Notes: a model not told the origin generated them from the letters alone. 64,000 nt of DNA from an uncultured Gemmatimonadales bacterium (GCA_963798915.1 CAWCVB010000011.1:30373-94372); one strand, 5' to 3'. Positions 1 through 11,916 are shown, numbered from the stretch's first letter. A program made the numbers and translations.

Positions 1-579
1 TCGGAAATGGATGTCTCCCGCGCCGCCGACACCACCGTGCTGGTGCTGGTTCCCGAATCGGGCGATGGCATCCAGGCGCTCAAGTCGGGCATCATGGAGG
101 CGGCCGATCTCTTCGTGATCAACAAGGCAGATCGCCCGGGCGCCGAAAAGCTCGCGCGGGAGATCGAGATCACGCAGGGCATTCGCCGGGGGAACGCCTT
201 TCGGCATGTGCCGGCTCATCATGGCTTTCGGGCGAGGACGGCCACGCCAGCGGCGGCGTCCGAGGATGAGGGGTGGATTCAGCCGGTCGTGCTCACCGTG
301 GCCGCGCGAGACGAAGGCACTGAAGCACTGGTCGCCGGGCTCGAGCGTCATTACGCCTGGCTCCAGGCATCGGGTGCGCTGGTCACTCGCAGACGCGCCC
401 GCATGCTGGAACGCTCGCGCGAGGTGTTCGAACGTGCCCTCCGCCGCTGGATCTGGCATGAGACCGACGCTGAATTGCGGCTGGGAGTCCGTCTGGAGGA
501 TGAAATGGCCGGACGGATTTCGCCGTACGAAGTGGCCGCGGAGGTGCTCGAGGGCTTCAAGCAGGGGATTCACGCATGA
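1..579 (+). CDS. meaB: Methylmalonyl-CoA mutase-associated GTPase MeaB/ArgK, 5' end truncated by the window
   Basis: [36 protein letters not shown] motif; directly upstream of the mutase. Confidence 0.9.
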   Translation, partial: SEMDVSRAADTTVLVLVPESGDGIQALKSGIMEAADLFVINKADRPGAEKLAREIEITQGIRRGNAFRHVPAHHGFRARTATPAAASEDEGWIQPVVLTVAARDEGTEALVAGLERHYAWLQASGALVTRRRARMLERSREVFERALRRWIWHETDAELRLGVRLEDEMAGRISPYEVAAEVLEGFKQGIHA

Positions 580-2273
580 CTGCATCATCATCCACTGACC
601 TTGCTGAGCGATTGCGCCAGCAGGAGCTGGAACTCGCGGCACTCCGGCGCGAAGTGAAGGAATGGCGCGCCCGCGCGGCGCGCATGCCGGTTCGCGATGA
701 CGCTGAGTTCTCGACCGTCTCTGGCGAGCCGCTGGAACTGGCCTACGCCGCTTCCGACACCGACATGACGGTCGGCGCGCTCATGCCCGGGGTGTATCCG
801 TACACCCGCGGGATCCATCCCACCATGTATCGGGGCCGGCTCTGGACCATGCGCCAGTTTGCCGGGTTCGGCACGGCAGCAGACACCAACGAGCGATACA
901 AGTTCCTCCTGTCCCGAGGACAGACCGGGCTTTCGGTCGCGTTCGACTTTCCGACGCTGATGGGGTATGACTCCGACCATCCCCGCTCCGAGGGCGAGGT
1001 CGGCAAGTGCGGTGTCGCGATCTCCAGTCTCGCCGACATGGAAACGCTGTTCGATGGCATCCCGCTTGGCGAGGTGTCAACCTCCATGACGATCAATGGC
1101 CCCGCGGCCATGCTTTTCTGCTTCTACGTCGCCGCGGCCGAGCGCCAGGGCGTGCCTGCTGCGCGCCTCCGCGGCACCGTGCAGAACGACATCCTCAAGG
1201 AGTACATGGCGCAGCACGCCTGGATCTATCCGGCCGAGCCCGCGCTCAAGATCATCGTCGACATGTTCGAGTGGGCCGCCGAGCACGCGCCAATGTGGAA
1301 TACCATCTCGATTTCCGGGTATCACATCCGCGAAGCCGGCTCAACGGCCGCCCAGGAACTCGCCTTTACCCTGGCCAACGGTTTCTGCTACGTCGAGCAT
1401 GGGCTGGCGCGCGGGCTTTCGGTCGATGCCTTCGCGCCTCGCCTGTCGTTCTTCTGGGATGTGCATAACGAATTCTTCGAGGAAATTGCCAAGATGCGGG
1501 CGGCGCGCCGGATCTGGGCGCGCCATCTGCGGGAGCGCTACGGTGCGACCGACCCCCGCTCCTGGAAGATGCGCTTTCATTCCCAGACGGCTGGCGTATC
1601 GCTGCAGGCGCAGCAGCCACGGAACAATATCGTCCGGGTCGCCTACCAGGCCATGGCGGCCGCCCTGGGCGGCACGCAATCGCTGCACACCAATGCCTTT
1701 GACGAGACCTTGGCGCTTCCCACTGAGGATTCGGTACGCATCGCCCTCCGAACGCAGCAAATCCTCGCCTACGAGACCGGCATCGCCAGCGTGGGCGATC
1801 CGCTGGGCGGCTCGTACTACGTCGAAGCGCTGACAGATCGCCTGGAGGCCGAGGCCGAGGCCCTTTTTGCCGACATTGAGGCGCAGGGAGGGGTCGTCCC
1901 GGCGGTCGAGGCGGGCTGGTTCCAGCGCCAGATCGCCGCGTCGTCCATGCGCTACGTCAGTGAGGTGGAAACCGGCCGTCGCGTCGTGGTCGGAGTGAAC
2001 CAGTTTGTGGAAACGGACGAGCAGCCGGTGGACATCCTGCGCATCGGGCAGGCCGCAGAGGAGCAGCAGCGCGAGCGCCTGGCGCAGCTGCGGGCGAACC
2101 GCGACGGCGCCGCGGCGGAGGCAGCGCTCGAAGCGCTCGCATCGGCTGCACGCGAGGATCGCAATGTCATTCCCGCAATGCTCGACTGCGCTCGCGCCTA
2201 TTGCACCCTGTTTGAGATCCGGCACACGCTGGAGCGGATATATGGGAGTTATCGTGAACCCGTCTTCTTCTGA
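576..2273 (+). CDS. Methylmalonyl-CoA mutase family, large (substrate-binding) subunit
   Basis: [68 protein letters not shown] motifs. Confidence 0.95.
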   Translation: MTASSSTDLAERLRQQELELAALRREVKEWRARAARMPVRDDAEFSTVSGEPLELAYAASDTDMTVGALMPGVYPYTRGIHPTMYRGRLWTMRQFAGFGTAADTNERYKFLLSRGQTGLSVAFDFPTLMGYDSDHPRSEGEVGKCGVAISSLADMETLFDGIPLGEVSTSMTINGPAAMLFCFYVAAAERQGVPAARLRGTVQNDILKEYMAQHAWIYPAEPALKIIVDMFEWAAEHAPMWNTISISGYHIREAGSTAAQELAFTLANGFCYVEHGLARGLSVDAFAPRLSFFWDVHNEFFEEIAKMRAARRIWARHLRERYGATDPRSWKMRFHSQTAGVSLQAQQPRNNIVRVAYQAMAAALGGTQSLHTNAFDETLALPTEDSVRIALRTQQILAYETGIASVGDPLGGSYYVEALTDRLEAEAEALFADIEAQGGVVPAVEAGWFQRQIAASSMRYVSEVETGRRVVVGVNQFVETDEQPVDILRIGQAAEEQQRERLAQLRANRDGAAAEAALEALASAAREDRNVIPAMLDCARAYCTLFEIRHTLERIYGSYREPVFF

Positions 2274-3465
2274 AGCAGTCGCATCACGCCGGCCGGCTGG
2301 CACCCGGCGTCCGGTTTCCGTCAGCCCGATCAACGCGCAGTTGGTCCGCCTCGCGAGCCTCAAGCCAGGACGACACCGCGTGGTCAGCTGTTACCTGAAA
2401 ATCGAGCCGCGCGACCGGACCCGCGCCAAGTACACCATCAAGCTCAAGAACCGGGTGCGCGCCGTGGAAGAGGCCCTCCCGCGCCTGGCGCTCGATCGGG
2501 CGACTGCCGATGAAGTTCGGCGGGATCTTGGCCGCATCGTCGATGCGCTCCGCTCGCCGGAGACCTTGCCGGCCTCGAACGGCGTGGCCGTGTTCGCCTC
2601 GGAGCCGCTCGACCTGCTGGAGGTCGTGCCGCTCCCGGCAGTGTATCGGTCGCGCCTGGCCGTCGATCCGTCACCCCTGGTGCGTGAGCTGGCCGCAGTC
2701 GAAGACGAAGTCGGTCGCATCCTGGCCGTGGTGCTGGACCGGTCCAGCGCCAGGTTCTTCGAAGTCGGCGCCTTCTCGGCTCGCGAGCTGACCTCGATTA
2801 CGTCACCCGCCAGTGCCCGCGGCCGGTTTCACGCCAGCGGCAGGGACAGCAACGGGGGTGAGCACACGTACAACAGCCGGATTCGCGAGCAGAAGCAGCG
2901 GCATTTCGAACTCGTCGCACGCCACCTCTTCGAACTTGATCGCCGGGAACCGGCGCACGGCATCGTCATCGCCGCGGTCGGGCCCGATGCGGCCGCGCTC
3001 GAGCCATTCCTGCATGCCTACCTGGTGGAGCGGGTCATCGGCACCATCAAGCTCAACCCGAAGACCGTAACCGCTCCCCAGGTCCACCAGGCCGCTCTCG
3101 GGGTGCGTGAGGCCTACGAGCGCGCCACCGAGCTTCAGCTGGTGGACGACGTCGCCAACGCACTCGGCAGCGGGTGGGCGGTCAACGGCGTGAGCGACAC
3201 CCTGGCCGCGATGGCCCGCGGCCAGGTGCGATCGTTGCTTGTCGATGCCGATGCGGCGATGCCGGGCTTCCGTGCGTCGGAGACCGGCCGCCTGGCCCTC
3301 ACCGAACGTGAGCTCCGCGGGGAGGGCACACCCATTCCGGTGATCGATGTCATTGACGATGCCATCGAAGATGCGCTCCGCCAGTCGGTGCAATTGAATG
3401 TTGTGTTCGATCCGGCGGCTCGCGGCCGCACCGATGGACTCGCCGCGCTGCTTCGGTTCCGATGA
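2254..3465 (+). CDS. Bacterial archaeo-eukaryotic release factor-like protein (baeRF/Balon-like)
   Basis: GTG at 2254 after [55 protein letters not shown] and C-terminal GLAALLRF match aeRF1 domain patterns; no GGQ. Confidence 0.75.
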   Translation: MNPSSSEAVASRRPAGTRRPVSVSPINAQLVRLASLKPGRHRVVSCYLKIEPRDRTRAKYTIKLKNRVRAVEEALPRLALDRATADEVRRDLGRIVDALRSPETLPASNGVAVFASEPLDLLEVVPLPAVYRSRLAVDPSPLVRELAAVEDEVGRILAVVLDRSSARFFEVGAFSARELTSITSPASARGRFHASGRDSNGGEHTYNSRIREQKQRHFELVARHLFELDRREPAHGIVIAAVGPDAAALEPFLHAYLVERVIGTIKLNPKTVTAPQVHQAALGVREAYERATELQLVDDVANALGSGWAVNGVSDTLAAMARGQVRSLLVDADAAMPGFRASETGRLALTERELRGEGTPIPVIDVIDDAIEDALRQSVQLNVVFDPAARGRTDGLAALLRFR

Positions 3466-3484
3466 CCTTCCACGGGGACCCGAG

Positions 3485-3923
3485 ATGATGATGACCGACG
3501 CCGCTCCTCGCCATCTGGCGCGCCCCGTCCGGGTGCTGGTCGCCAAGCCCGGCCTGGACGGCCACGATCGCGGCGCCAAGGTGGTGGCCGCCGCGTTGCG
3601 CGACGCCGGTATGGAAGTGATCTACACCGGACTGCACCAGACGCCGGAGATGATCGCGCGTGCCGCCATCCAGGAGGATGTGGACGTCGTCGGGCTGTCA
3701 GTGTTGTCAGGCGCCCACATGACCCTCTTCCCGCGGGTACGGAGGCTGCTGGATGAGGCGGATCGCTCGGACATCCTGCTGACCGGCGGCGGCATCATCC
3801 CGGAAGCCGATATTGCCGCAGCTCGAGGCGGGAGGGGTCGGACGCCTGTTCGGCCCCGGCACGCCGACGTCGCAGCTGATTGACTACATCGAGTCGTGGG
3901 CTGCCGCCAACCTCTCCGATTGA
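3485..3923 (+). CDS. Cobalamin-binding small subunit of methylmalonyl-CoA mutase (apparent +1 frameshift near 3820)
   Basis: [18 protein letters not shown] (DxHxxG); the conserved C-terminus [23 protein letters not shown] continues in another frame to TGA at 3921-3923. Confidence 0.9.
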
Positions 3924-3933
3924 TCGGCCTCCG

Positions 3934-5565
3934 ATGACCAGTTCCAACGGGAGGACCGGCCGGCTCCGCGAGTTGACCGACGAGTACCGAGCCCTGGCCG
4001 CGCGCCTGGAACTGGGCGGCGGCGAGCGCCGCGTTGCCCGCATGCACGAGCGGGGCCAGCTGGCCCCGCGCGAGCGGGTCGAAGCGCTGTGCGATGCTGG
4101 CTCGGCCTGGTTCGAACTCGGGCTCCTGATGGCATATGATCGCTATGACGGGCAGGCCCCCGGCGCCGGGGTCATAACCGGCCTGGGTGAGATCGCCGGT
4201 CGCGACTGCGTCATCGTCGCCAATGATGCGACGGTCAAGGCTGGCTCCTGGTGGCCCGAGACGATCACCAAGATCCTGCGCGCCCAGGAAGTCGCGATGC
4301 GCGAGCGCATCCCGATCGTCTACCTCGTGGACAGCGCGGGCGTCAATCTCCCGTATCAGGGCGGCGTCTTTCCGGGGCAGTATGGCGCCGCCCGGATCTT
4401 CTACTACAACTCGCTGATGCGGCGGTACCTCCACGTTCCGCAGATCGCTGCCGTCATGGGCAGCTGCATCGCGGGTGGCGCGTACCTGCCGGCGCTTTCC
4501 GACGTCATCTTCATGGTGGAAGGCACCAGCTTCATGGGACTTGGCGGCCCCAACCTGGTCAAGGGCGCAACCGGCCAGGTCATCGACGCCGAGAGTCTGG
4601 GCGGGGCGGCCACCCACACGGAAGTGAGTGCGGTGGCGCACTACCGAGCGGCGGACGACGCCGAGTGCATTGCCCAGATTCGCGAGTACGTCGCCCGCCT
4701 GCCTCGCCCGATGGCGCACACGTCATCCATGCGCATTCCGCGCGCCGCCCGGCGGCCTGCGGACGAACTCTATGATGTCCTGCCGCAGGACCACCGCATG
4801 TCCTACGACATGCGCCATGTGCTGGACTGCCTGCTGGATGCGGGCGAACTGGCCGAGTTTCAGCCGGGGTTCGCCGGGGAAATGCTGTGCGGCCATGCCC
4901 ACATCGAGGGTCACCCCGTCGCGGTGATCGCCAATCAGCGCGGCATCATCAAAGGACGTGCGGGCGAGCGCCCTCGGTTTGGAGGGATCATCTACACCGG
5001 GAGCGCCGAAAAAGTCGCCTACTTCATCGATACCGCCAACCGCGAGCAGCTGCCGATCCTGTTCGTGCAGGACGTGAGCGGCTTCATGGTCGGCTCGGAA
5101 GCCGAGCATTCAGGGATTATCCGGGCGGGTGCGCGCTGGGTGGAAGCCATGGCCACGGCGTCGGTGCCCAAGCTGGTGCTGACGGTGAATCATGCGTCTG
5201 GTGCCGGATACTACGCCATGGCGGGCCAGGGATTCGATCCCGACTTCATTGTGTCCTGGCCCACGGGACGGATGGCCGTCATGGAAGGCGAGTCAGCCGT
5301 CATGGCGGTACACGGACCGGCGCTGGACAAGGCGCAGAAGGCGGGAGGCGAGCCGGCCCAGGAGGTGGCGTCGGCGGTGGCTGACATGCGCGCAGACTAT
5401 GAACACCAGCTGGATGCCCGCTATGCCGCGGCCCGAGGATTCGTGGACGCCATCATCACACCCGAAGAGACACGCGCGACGCTCGGGCATCTGCTGCGCG
5501 TTTGTGGCCACTTCAGGGGATCGCATCTCGGCCCCTTCGTGCTTCCACCGCGGGCGAGCTGCTGA
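3934..5565 (+). CDS. Acyl-CoA carboxylase carboxyltransferase (beta) subunit, methylcrotonyl-CoA carboxylase-like
   Basis: VANDATVKAG, YLVDSAG, GSCIAGGAY, LGGPNLVK, QDVSGFMVG motifs. Confidence 0.92.
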   Translation: MTSSNGRTGRLRELTDEYRALAARLELGGGERRVARMHERGQLAPRERVEALCDAGSAWFELGLLMAYDRYDGQAPGAGVITGLGEIAGRDCVIVANDATVKAGSWWPETITKILRAQEVAMRERIPIVYLVDSAGVNLPYQGGVFPGQYGAARIFYYNSLMRRYLHVPQIAAVMGSCIAGGAYLPALSDVIFMVEGTSFMGLGGPNLVKGATGQVIDAESLGGAATHTEVSAVAHYRAADDAECIAQIREYVARLPRPMAHTSSMRIPRAARRPADELYDVLPQDHRMSYDMRHVLDCLLDAGELAEFQPGFAGEMLCGHAHIEGHPVAVIANQRGIIKGRAGERPRFGGIIYTGSAEKVAYFIDTANREQLPILFVQDVSGFMVGSEAEHSGIIRAGARWVEAMATASVPKLVLTVNHASGAGYYAMAGQGFDPDFIVSWPTGRMAVMEGESAVMAVHGPALDKAQKAGGEPAQEVASAVADMRADYEHQLDARYAAARGFVDAIITPEETRATLGHLLRVCGHFRGSHLGPFVLPPRASC

Positions 5566-8342
5566 TGCGCTTGCGCTGCGGCTGGTCACTCGCCTGCGGG
5601 TTGGTCCTGGCCCTGCCGTTCGCCTCGCGAGCGCATGCAGAGGCGGCAGCCAGCCCCCAAGTCATCGCTCGCGATACCAATCCGCCGGCCCGCCATCGAG
5701 CCGCCCCGCCCGAGCTGGCCCGCTCGCGTCACTGGCTTTCGCTTGACATGACCGGCGTCGACCAGTTTCGCACAGCTCAACCGCTCGCCGACGGTCGGGG
5801 CGTGTTGATCGCGATCCTGGACAGCGGCATCGATCCCGGCATTCCAGGACTCATCAGGACGCCCGATGGCGGGGCCAAGCTGCTCGACGCCCGCGACTTT
5901 TCGGGCGAGGGCCAGGTCAACCTGACCCCGGCGGAGCTGCACGCCGATACGGTACTGATTGAGGGTCGGGCGCTTACTGGCATGACGCGGGTGGCTGCAC
6001 GGACGACCGGACCGTGGTATGGCGGCGTCATCGATGAGCTGGCGCTGGGGCTGCCTCCAGCAGCGGATCTCGACGGGAATGGTTCGGCTCGCGACCACCT
6101 GCCGCTGCTGGTCGGACGCGCGTCGGACGGGTGGGTGCTGTACGTCGATGCCGATGGCGATGGTTCGTTTGCGAATGAGCGGCCAGTCCACGACTACCTC
6201 ATTGCACGCGAGACCTTCGGCTGGAGCAGTGGAGGCCGGGCGTCGCCTCTCACAATCGCGGCAAACTTCGCGACCACTGCCAGCGGCTTGCCAACGCTGG
6301 ATCTCTTCTTCGACACGTCCGGTCATGGATCGCACGTCGCCGGCATTGCCGCCGCGTACGGTATGTACGACCTCCCTGGCCTGGATGGGGTAGCTCCCGG
6401 TGCGCAGCTGCTCGGCCTCAAGATCGCCAACGATGCACTGGGTGCCATTTCGACGACGCAGTCGATGCGCAATGCGATGGATTATGCCATGCGATTCGCC
6501 GAGGCCCGTCGCATGCCGCTGGTCCTCAACATGAGCTTCGGCGTTGGAAACGAACATGAGGGCGCAGCGCGGATCGATGCGGTGGTCGATTCCTTTCTGG
6601 CCGCCAACCCCGACGTCGTGATGGTCATCAGCGCGGGCAATGATGGTCCGGCGCTCTCCACCTTGGGATTCCCGGGATCTGCTTCGCGGGCCATCACCAC
6701 GGGGGCCGTACTGCCCGGCCGATTCGTGGCTGCACCCGCGAGCCGCGCGCCGGCCGCGGATGCGGTGGCCTACTTCAGCGCGCGGGGCGGGGAACTCTCC
6801 AAGCCCGATATCGTGGCGCCGGGCGTTGCCTATTCGACGGTGCCGCCATGGGACGTGGGCGGCGAGATCGAAGGCGGCACCAGCATGGCCGCGCCTCATG
6901 CTGCAGGGCTGGTTGCGCTGCTGCTGTCTGCGGCGCAACAGGCTCGACTGCCGGTGACGGCCACGTCCCTTCGTCGCGCCTTGATGGTCACGGCCGGCCG
7001 GCTCCCGGCGGCGAGCTACCTGGAGCAGGGTGCTGGGTTGCCGGATGTGGGGCGGGCGTGGGAATGGCTCAAGCTCCGACGCGGGGTGGGGTCTGTTTCG
7101 GTCACGTCGGACGCGGGGACGCCGGGCTGGTTGTCGGCCTCCCCGTCCGGCGAGCCGTTGCCGACCCATGCGGGATTCCGGGTGCGGTCGGATTCCGCAG
7201 TGCACGAACACTTCAAGCTGCATTCGAGCGCCGATTGGCTCACTGCGCCGGCCGAGTTGGAGTTGCTCGATTCTGCAAGCGTGAGTCTCTCAATCGATAC
7301 GATGCACATCGGGCGCCACCCCAGGACCGGTGTTGTGAGCGGCTGGACAGACGATACGCTCGCAGGTCCCGCCTTCCGCCTGGTGGTGACGGTGGTCCGA
7401 GCCACCGGCAGCCGGGTAGATCTGGTGGACTCGATTCCGGCGGGAAGCGCCAGCAATCTTTTCTTTCGGGTCGACTCGGCGCTGCCGTTCAATGTGCGGG
7501 TCGCAACACGGTCGCCAGGCGTGCAGGCATTCCTGAACGAGCCCGGCGGCATGCCCTACCGCGATCTTGCCACCTTGGAAGCAGGCGACGGGCGAGACGC
7601 CGCGGCATTCCAGGTGGATGGCAGTGATGCACTGGCCGGTCTCTGGCAGGTCTCGACGGCGAGTTCTCTCTCGGACGCGGTGCTCGATGTCTCAGTGCTG
7701 CCGGCTCCCGCCCGAATGTCACTCCGTCGTCGTGGGGACAGCGTGGTGGCAAGCTTTGCCAGTCTGGCGGACACGGCGGTGCACGCGGCCGCGCAGATCG
7801 GGCTGGTCGGCTCGGACCAGCGGTTTCAGGTCGACGCGAGCGGTTCGGCTGCGGTGCGGCATCTTCTGGCCGTGCCCTCCTGGGCTCGCTATGTCGTGGT
7901 AGATGTCTCCATGCCGGCCGCTCAGTGGGAACGGCTGACCGACTTCGGGCTCACCCTCTTTGACAGCGCCGGCGTCCAACTGGAGCAGGCACCGCTCAAT
8001 TACGCGGCCGGGCGGTTGCACCATGCGTTCACGACGCCACCGGGTCAGGCAGCGCTGCTGCTCTTTCCTGCCTTTGCGGATTCCACCAATTCGGCCTGGA
8101 GCGCGAATGTTCGCGTTCGATTCTACCTGGAGGAGCCCGTGCGGCTCTCGACCAACGGGCCCCGGCAGATTGCACTCGCGCCCAATGGCGAAACCATGCT
8201 GACATTGCCCTGGAGCGAACCCGAGTGGCGCCTCGGGGCCGGCGCGGCCCCGCTGGGCATTGTCACCCTCGAAACCAGCGCGGGTGGCTGGACCACCGAA
8301 GCGGCGCTGGTGGACTCTGCCACGGGGCTGTCGAAAGAATGA
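5565..8342 (+). CDS. Secreted S8 subtilase, tripeptidyl-peptidase II-like
   Basis: Signal peptide; [27 protein letters not shown] and [11 protein letters not shown] triad; long insertion between catalytic Asp and His. Confidence 0.85.
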   Translation: MRLRCGWSLACGLVLALPFASRAHAEAAASPQVIARDTNPPARHRAAPPELARSRHWLSLDMTGVDQFRTAQPLADGRGVLIAILDSGIDPGIPGLIRTPDGGAKLLDARDFSGEGQVNLTPAELHADTVLIEGRALTGMTRVAARTTGPWYGGVIDELALGLPPAADLDGNGSARDHLPLLVGRASDGWVLYVDADGDGSFANERPVHDYLIARETFGWSSGGRASPLTIAANFATTASGLPTLDLFFDTSGHGSHVAGIAAAYGMYDLPGLDGVAPGAQLLGLKIANDALGAISTTQSMRNAMDYAMRFAEARRMPLVLNMSFGVGNEHEGAARIDAVVDSFLAANPDVVMVISAGNDGPALSTLGFPGSASRAITTGAVLPGRFVAAPASRAPAADAVAYFSARGGELSKPDIVAPGVAYSTVPPWDVGGEIEGGTSMAAPHAAGLVALLLSAAQQARLPVTATSLRRALMVTAGRLPAASYLEQGAGLPDVGRAWEWLKLRRGVGSVSVTSDAGTPGWLSASPSGEPLPTHAGFRVRSDSAVHEHFKLHSSADWLTAPAELELLDSASVSLSIDTMHIGRHPRTGVVSGWTDDTLAGPAFRLVVTVVRATGSRVDLVDSIPAGSASNLFFRVDSALPFNVRVATRSPGVQAFLNEPGGMPYRDLATLEAGDGRDAAAFQVDGSDALAGLWQVSTASSLSDAVLDVSVLPAPARMSLRRRGDSVVASFASLADTAVHAAAQIGLVGSDQRFQVDASGSAAVRHLLAVPSWARYVVVDVSMPAAQWERLTDFGLTLFDSAGVQLEQAPLNYAAGRLHHAFTTPPGQAALLLFPAFADSTNSAWSANVRVRFYLEEPVRLSTNGPRQIALAPNGETMLTLPWSEPEWRLGAGAAPLGIVTLETSAGGWTTEAALVDSATGLSKE

Positions 8343-9712
8343 CACGAACAGTGCGGGTGGCCGCGGGCCAGGGCTTCTGGGGCGACTGGCTGGAAGCGCC
8401 GGTGCGCCAGGTCTCCGACGGCCCAATCGACTACCTCATGATGGATTATCTGGCTGAAGTGACGATGTCCATCATGCAGAAACAGAAAGGTCGCAACCCC
8501 GCCATGGGGTATGCCCGCGACTTTCCGCAGGTCATGGAGCGGATCCTGCCGATCATGATGCAGCGGGGCATCCGCGTCACATCGAACGCGGGTGGCGTCA
8601 ACCCGCGGGGATGCGCCGAGGCGGTGCTCGAGGTGGCGCGCGCGGCCGGGCTGGCCGGCAAGGTCAAGGTGGGCCTGGTCTCGGGCGACGATATCCTGGA
8701 TCGGCTCGACGACCTCATTGCCCGGGGTCATCCGCTCGCCGACATGGAGACCGAGCGGCCGCTCAGTGAGATCCGGGACAAGGTGCTGTCGGCCAACGCC
8801 TACATCGGCATGGCTCCGATCGTGGAAGCGCTCGACCGTGGCGCGCATGTCGTGGTGACCGGACGTGTCACGGACACCGGGCTCACGCTCGGGCCGTTGG
8901 TGCATGAATTCGGTTGGGCAGGCGATGACTGGGACCGGATTGCCAGCGGCACGGTGGCCGGTCACATCATCGAGTGTGGCGCGCAGGCCTCCGGCGGGAA
9001 CCTGCTCAAGGACTGGCGCGATGTGCGCGGCCTGGACAATCCCGGTTTTCCGATTGCCGAGGTTCGTGACGACGGCTCGTTCATCATTACCAAGCATGCC
9101 GGGAGCGGCGGCGTCGTCAACATCGCGAGCGTCACCGAACAGCTCGTCTACGAGATGGGAGACCCGCACCAGTACATCACGCCCGATGGCGTGGCGGATT
9201 TCACCAGCATTCATCTGGCGGACGCAGGGAAGAACCGGGTGAAGGTGGATGGTGTCCGGGGTGGGCCGCGCACCGGTATGCTCAAGGTCTCCATCGCTTG
9301 GTTCTACGGGTATAAGGCCGTGGGAACGCTGGTGTACTCCTGGCCCGATGCATTCGAGAAGGCCCGGGCGGCGGATGCCATTCTTCGGAAGCGGCTGGAC
9401 GCGCTCGGCCTGCAATTCGAACAGATCCTGACCGAATACGTCGGCGTGGATGCGACGCACGGGATGCTTGCGGGGCCACCCGATCCAGACCTGCCCGAGG
9501 TGCAGTTGCGGGTGGGCGTGCGCGCGCGTGATCGCGCGCCGGTGGAGCGGTTCACCAGGGAGATCGCTCCGCTTGTGCTCACCGGGCCCCCCAGCGTAAC
9601 GGGCTTTGCCGGTGGGCGGCCGCAGGTGGAAGAGATCGTGGCCTACTGGCCTGCGCTGGTCGATCGTGGCGAGATCGAGCCGCATGTGCGGGTCGAAATA
9701 CTCGAAGCCTGA
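8339..9712 (+). CDS. Acyclic terpene utilization AtuA family protein (DUF1446)
   Basis: [49 protein letters not shown] motifs. Confidence 0.88.
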   Translation: MTRTVRVAAGQGFWGDWLEAPVRQVSDGPIDYLMMDYLAEVTMSIMQKQKGRNPAMGYARDFPQVMERILPIMMQRGIRVTSNAGGVNPRGCAEAVLEVARAAGLAGKVKVGLVSGDDILDRLDDLIARGHPLADMETERPLSEIRDKVLSANAYIGMAPIVEALDRGAHVVVTGRVTDTGLTLGPLVHEFGWAGDDWDRIASGTVAGHIIECGAQASGGNLLKDWRDVRGLDNPGFPIAEVRDDGSFIITKHAGSGGVVNIASVTEQLVYEMGDPHQYITPDGVADFTSIHLADAGKNRVKVDGVRGGPRTGMLKVSIAWFYGYKAVGTLVYSWPDAFEKARAADAILRKRLDALGLQFEQILTEYVGVDATHGMLAGPPDPDLPEVQLRVGVRARDRAPVERFTREIAPLVLTGPPSVTGFAGGRPQVEEIVAYWPALVDRGEIEPHVRVEILEA

Positions 9713-9729
9713 AGGCCGGAGGCGCTGTC

Positions 9730-10125
9730 ATGGCAGCCAAGAAGTCGGTCACGAACGTCGCAGCGCAAACGGTGCAGATGGTGCCCCTTCGCTACCTTGC
9801 GCATGCCCGGTCCGGCGACAAGGGCGACACCGCGAACGTCGGCCTGATTGCACTCGAGCCCGAGTACTGGCCGGTATTGCTGCACGAGGTGACGAAGGCA
9901 CGAGTGGCCCGTCATTTCGGCGACATGGTCGCCGGTGTCGAACGATTCGAGCTTCCCAATCTTCGCGCGCTCAACTTCCTGCTGCACGGCGCCCTGGATG
10001 GAGGCGGCACACTCAGCCTCAAGACGGACGCGCAGGGCAAGGTGTACTCCACCGCACTGCTCCGGATGGAAGTTCCGGTGCCGGCAGCGCTGGCTGCCAC
10101 GCTCATGGCGCGCTCAGCGCCATGA
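9730..10125 (+). CDS. Small AtuA-related protein (stand-alone C-terminal domain)
   Basis: LAHARSGDKGDTANVGLI, VERFELPNLRALNF, ALDGGG..SL..DAQGK motifs. Confidence 0.85.
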   Translation: MAAKKSVTNVAAQTVQMVPLRYLAHARSGDKGDTANVGLIALEPEYWPVLLHEVTKARVARHFGDMVAGVERFELPNLRALNFLLHGALDGGGTLSLKTDAQGKVYSTALLRMEVPVPAALAATLMARSAP

Positions 10126-10883
10126 GCCAGTCCTTCCTCACGCGCGGCCTGTCCGGTGGCGTGCTCCACCTGACGCTCAATCGTCCCGAGAAACGCAACG
10201 CCCTCAGCTCGGCGCTGATCGCGGAGCTTTCAGCAGCCATCGCGGACGCCGAACTCGACGCGTCGGTTCGCGTGGTATGCCTTCGAGGAGCCGGTCCGGA
10301 TTTCTGCGCCGGCGCCGACCTCGGGGAACTGCTCCAGTCCGCGGATCGTTCCCTCTCGGAGAACGAGCAGGACGCCCTTCGGCTGGGCCACTTGTTCCTT
10401 GCATTGCGCGCGTTGCCGAAGCCGGTGATGGCTGTCGTGCATGGGCGTGCGCTGGCAGGCGGGGCCGGCCTGGCGACTGCGTGTGACCTGGTGATCGCGA
10501 CTGAGGGCGCCAGCCTGGGATATCCGGAGATCCGCCGCGGATTCGTGCCGGCCATGGTCATGACCATGCTGCGCCGCCTGGTTGGAGAGCGCGTGGCGTT
10601 TGACCTCACGGCGACGGGACGGCTGCTGTCCGCCGCAGAGGCGCTGGAACTCGGATTGATTTCGCGCGTAGTGCACGAGGCTGCATTGCAGAACGAGGCG
10701 GACGCGGTGGCGGCGCTGTTGGCAGGGTCCTCCGCGAGCGCCCTCGCATTGACCAAGCAGCTGCTGTACGAGCAGGATGGTCTGTCGTTTGCGGAGGGCA
10801 TTGCGCTCGGCGCGCGGGTCAATGCTGCGGCGCGTGCAACGCCGGATTTCCGGACAGCGGTATCCGCGTTTCTGGACAGATGA
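10122..10883 (+). CDS. Enoyl-CoA hydratase/isomerase family protein (methylglutaconyl-CoA hydratase-like)
   Basis: TLNRPEKRNAL, FCAGADL, ALAGGAGL..ACD, PEIRRG motifs. Confidence 0.9.
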   Translation: MSQSFLTRGLSGGVLHLTLNRPEKRNALSSALIAELSAAIADAELDASVRVVCLRGAGPDFCAGADLGELLQSADRSLSENEQDALRLGHLFLALRALPKPVMAVVHGRALAGGAGLATACDLVIATEGASLGYPEIRRGFVPAMVMTMLRRLVGERVAFDLTATGRLLSAAEALELGLISRVVHEAALQNEADAVAALLAGSSASALALTKQLLYEQDGLSFAEGIALGARVNAAARATPDFRTAVSAFLDR

Positions 10884-11074
10884 GTCGCCAGCTGCTTGGC
10901 CTTGCGGGAATTGCAATCGCGGTGGTCGGCATTGCGCTCGACTCCGTAGTGGTGATCTGGCTGGCGATCACGGTGCTCTCAGCGGCGGCCCTGTGGCGCC
11001 TGCTGGCTCGCCGGGCGGCCCGGCAAAAAGCCGAAGCGGCGTCATCCTGGGAGGACGGCCGTGAAAAAGACTGA
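10880..11074 (+). CDS. Small membrane protein, 64 aa, two TM segments
   Basis: ATGA overlap with the upstream gene; two hydrophobic stretches. Confidence 0.6.
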   Translation: MSRQLLGLAGIAIAVVGIALDSVVVIWLAITVLSAAALWRLLARRAARQKAEAASSWEDGREKD

Positions 11075-11151
11075 CGCCCGCGCAGCCTTGTGCGCCGATG
11101 GCAAGGTCCTTGCTGGCAACCGGTTACGCAACTTTCCCGGTTTTGACCCAG

Positions 11152-11179
11152 TTGCGCTTGCGACAAAGAGTGCTAACTT
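11152..11179 (+). promoter_or_regulatory. Putative sigma70 promoter of the OMP gene
   Basis: TTGCGC-16 bp-TAACTT with TG extended -10, in an AT-richer intergenic region. Confidence 0.4.
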
Positions 11180-11283
11180 TGCTCGTTAGTCTGTAAGCGT
11201 CGGGAACGGCCGAGCGGCCGCTGCGGGTGGACGTGGACACCAGAAGGACCTCAACAGTTCAACGGGATTCAGGAGGAAGGGAC

Positions 11284-11856
11284 ATGAAGGGCATGTTGAA
11301 GGCTCTCACAGCAGTGGCGATGGCGACGGCGTTGACCGCCTCGACCGCGCACGCACAGAACTCGATGCCGGTCTCCTTTGGTGTGGGTGGCGGCGTCAAC
11401 CTGCCGCTCAGCAACTTCAAGGATGTTGCCAAGCTCGGGTTCCAGGGCACCGCCTTGGTCGCGTTCGCTCCGGAGAATCTTCCGGTTGGATTCCGGGTGG
11501 ACGGCACCTACCAGCAGAACAAGTATGACAATGATTTCGCAGCGGCCTTCGGCGACGGCAAGTGGCAAACCATCTATGGTACCGCCAATGTCGTGTACAC
11601 GTTCCAGACCGCCGAAACCTCACGCATTCATCCTTACTTGATCGCCGGCGGTGGTGTCTACAATCTGAAGGACAAGCCGGATGTTGGCACGGGCGCGTCG
11701 GATACGAAGTTCGGCGTCAATGCAGGTGCTGGCTTCGACATGGCTGCTGGTGGTGCGACCGTCTTTCTCGAGGGTCGTTTCCACAACATCTTTGTCAGCG
11801 GTAACAATCAGAGCTTCGTGCCGATCACCCTCGGCGTGAAGTTCGGCGGCAAGTAA
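11284..11856 (+). CDS. Outer membrane beta-barrel protein (8-stranded OmpA/porin-like)
   Basis: Strong RBS AGGAGG; AHA-Q signal peptide; PYLIAGGGVY, FGVNAGAGF, FLEGRFH, ITLGVKF strands. Confidence 0.85.
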   Translation: MKGMLKALTAVAMATALTASTAHAQNSMPVSFGVGGGVNLPLSNFKDVAKLGFQGTALVAFAPENLPVGFRVDGTYQQNKYDNDFAAAFGDGKWQTIYGTANVVYTFQTAETSRIHPYLIAGGGVYNLKDKPDVGTGASDTKFGVNAGAGFDMAAGGATVFLEGRFHNIFVSGNNQSFVPITLGVKFGGK

Positions 11857-11880
11857 TTGCAGTAAGCAGTACGAGTCCAC

Positions 11881-11916
11881 AATGCGGCCTCGCCTTCGGG
11901 CGGGGCCGTATTGTTT
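11881..11916 (+). terminator. Intrinsic terminator/hairpin
   Basis: AATGCGGCCTCGCC-TTCG-GGCGGGGCCGTATT followed by GTTT. Confidence 0.65.

Noticed and set aside
11110..11135. Sigma54 promoter TGGCA..GC upstream of the OMP gene
   Set aside because: GG-to-GC spacing is one base longer than the strict -24/-12 consensus.
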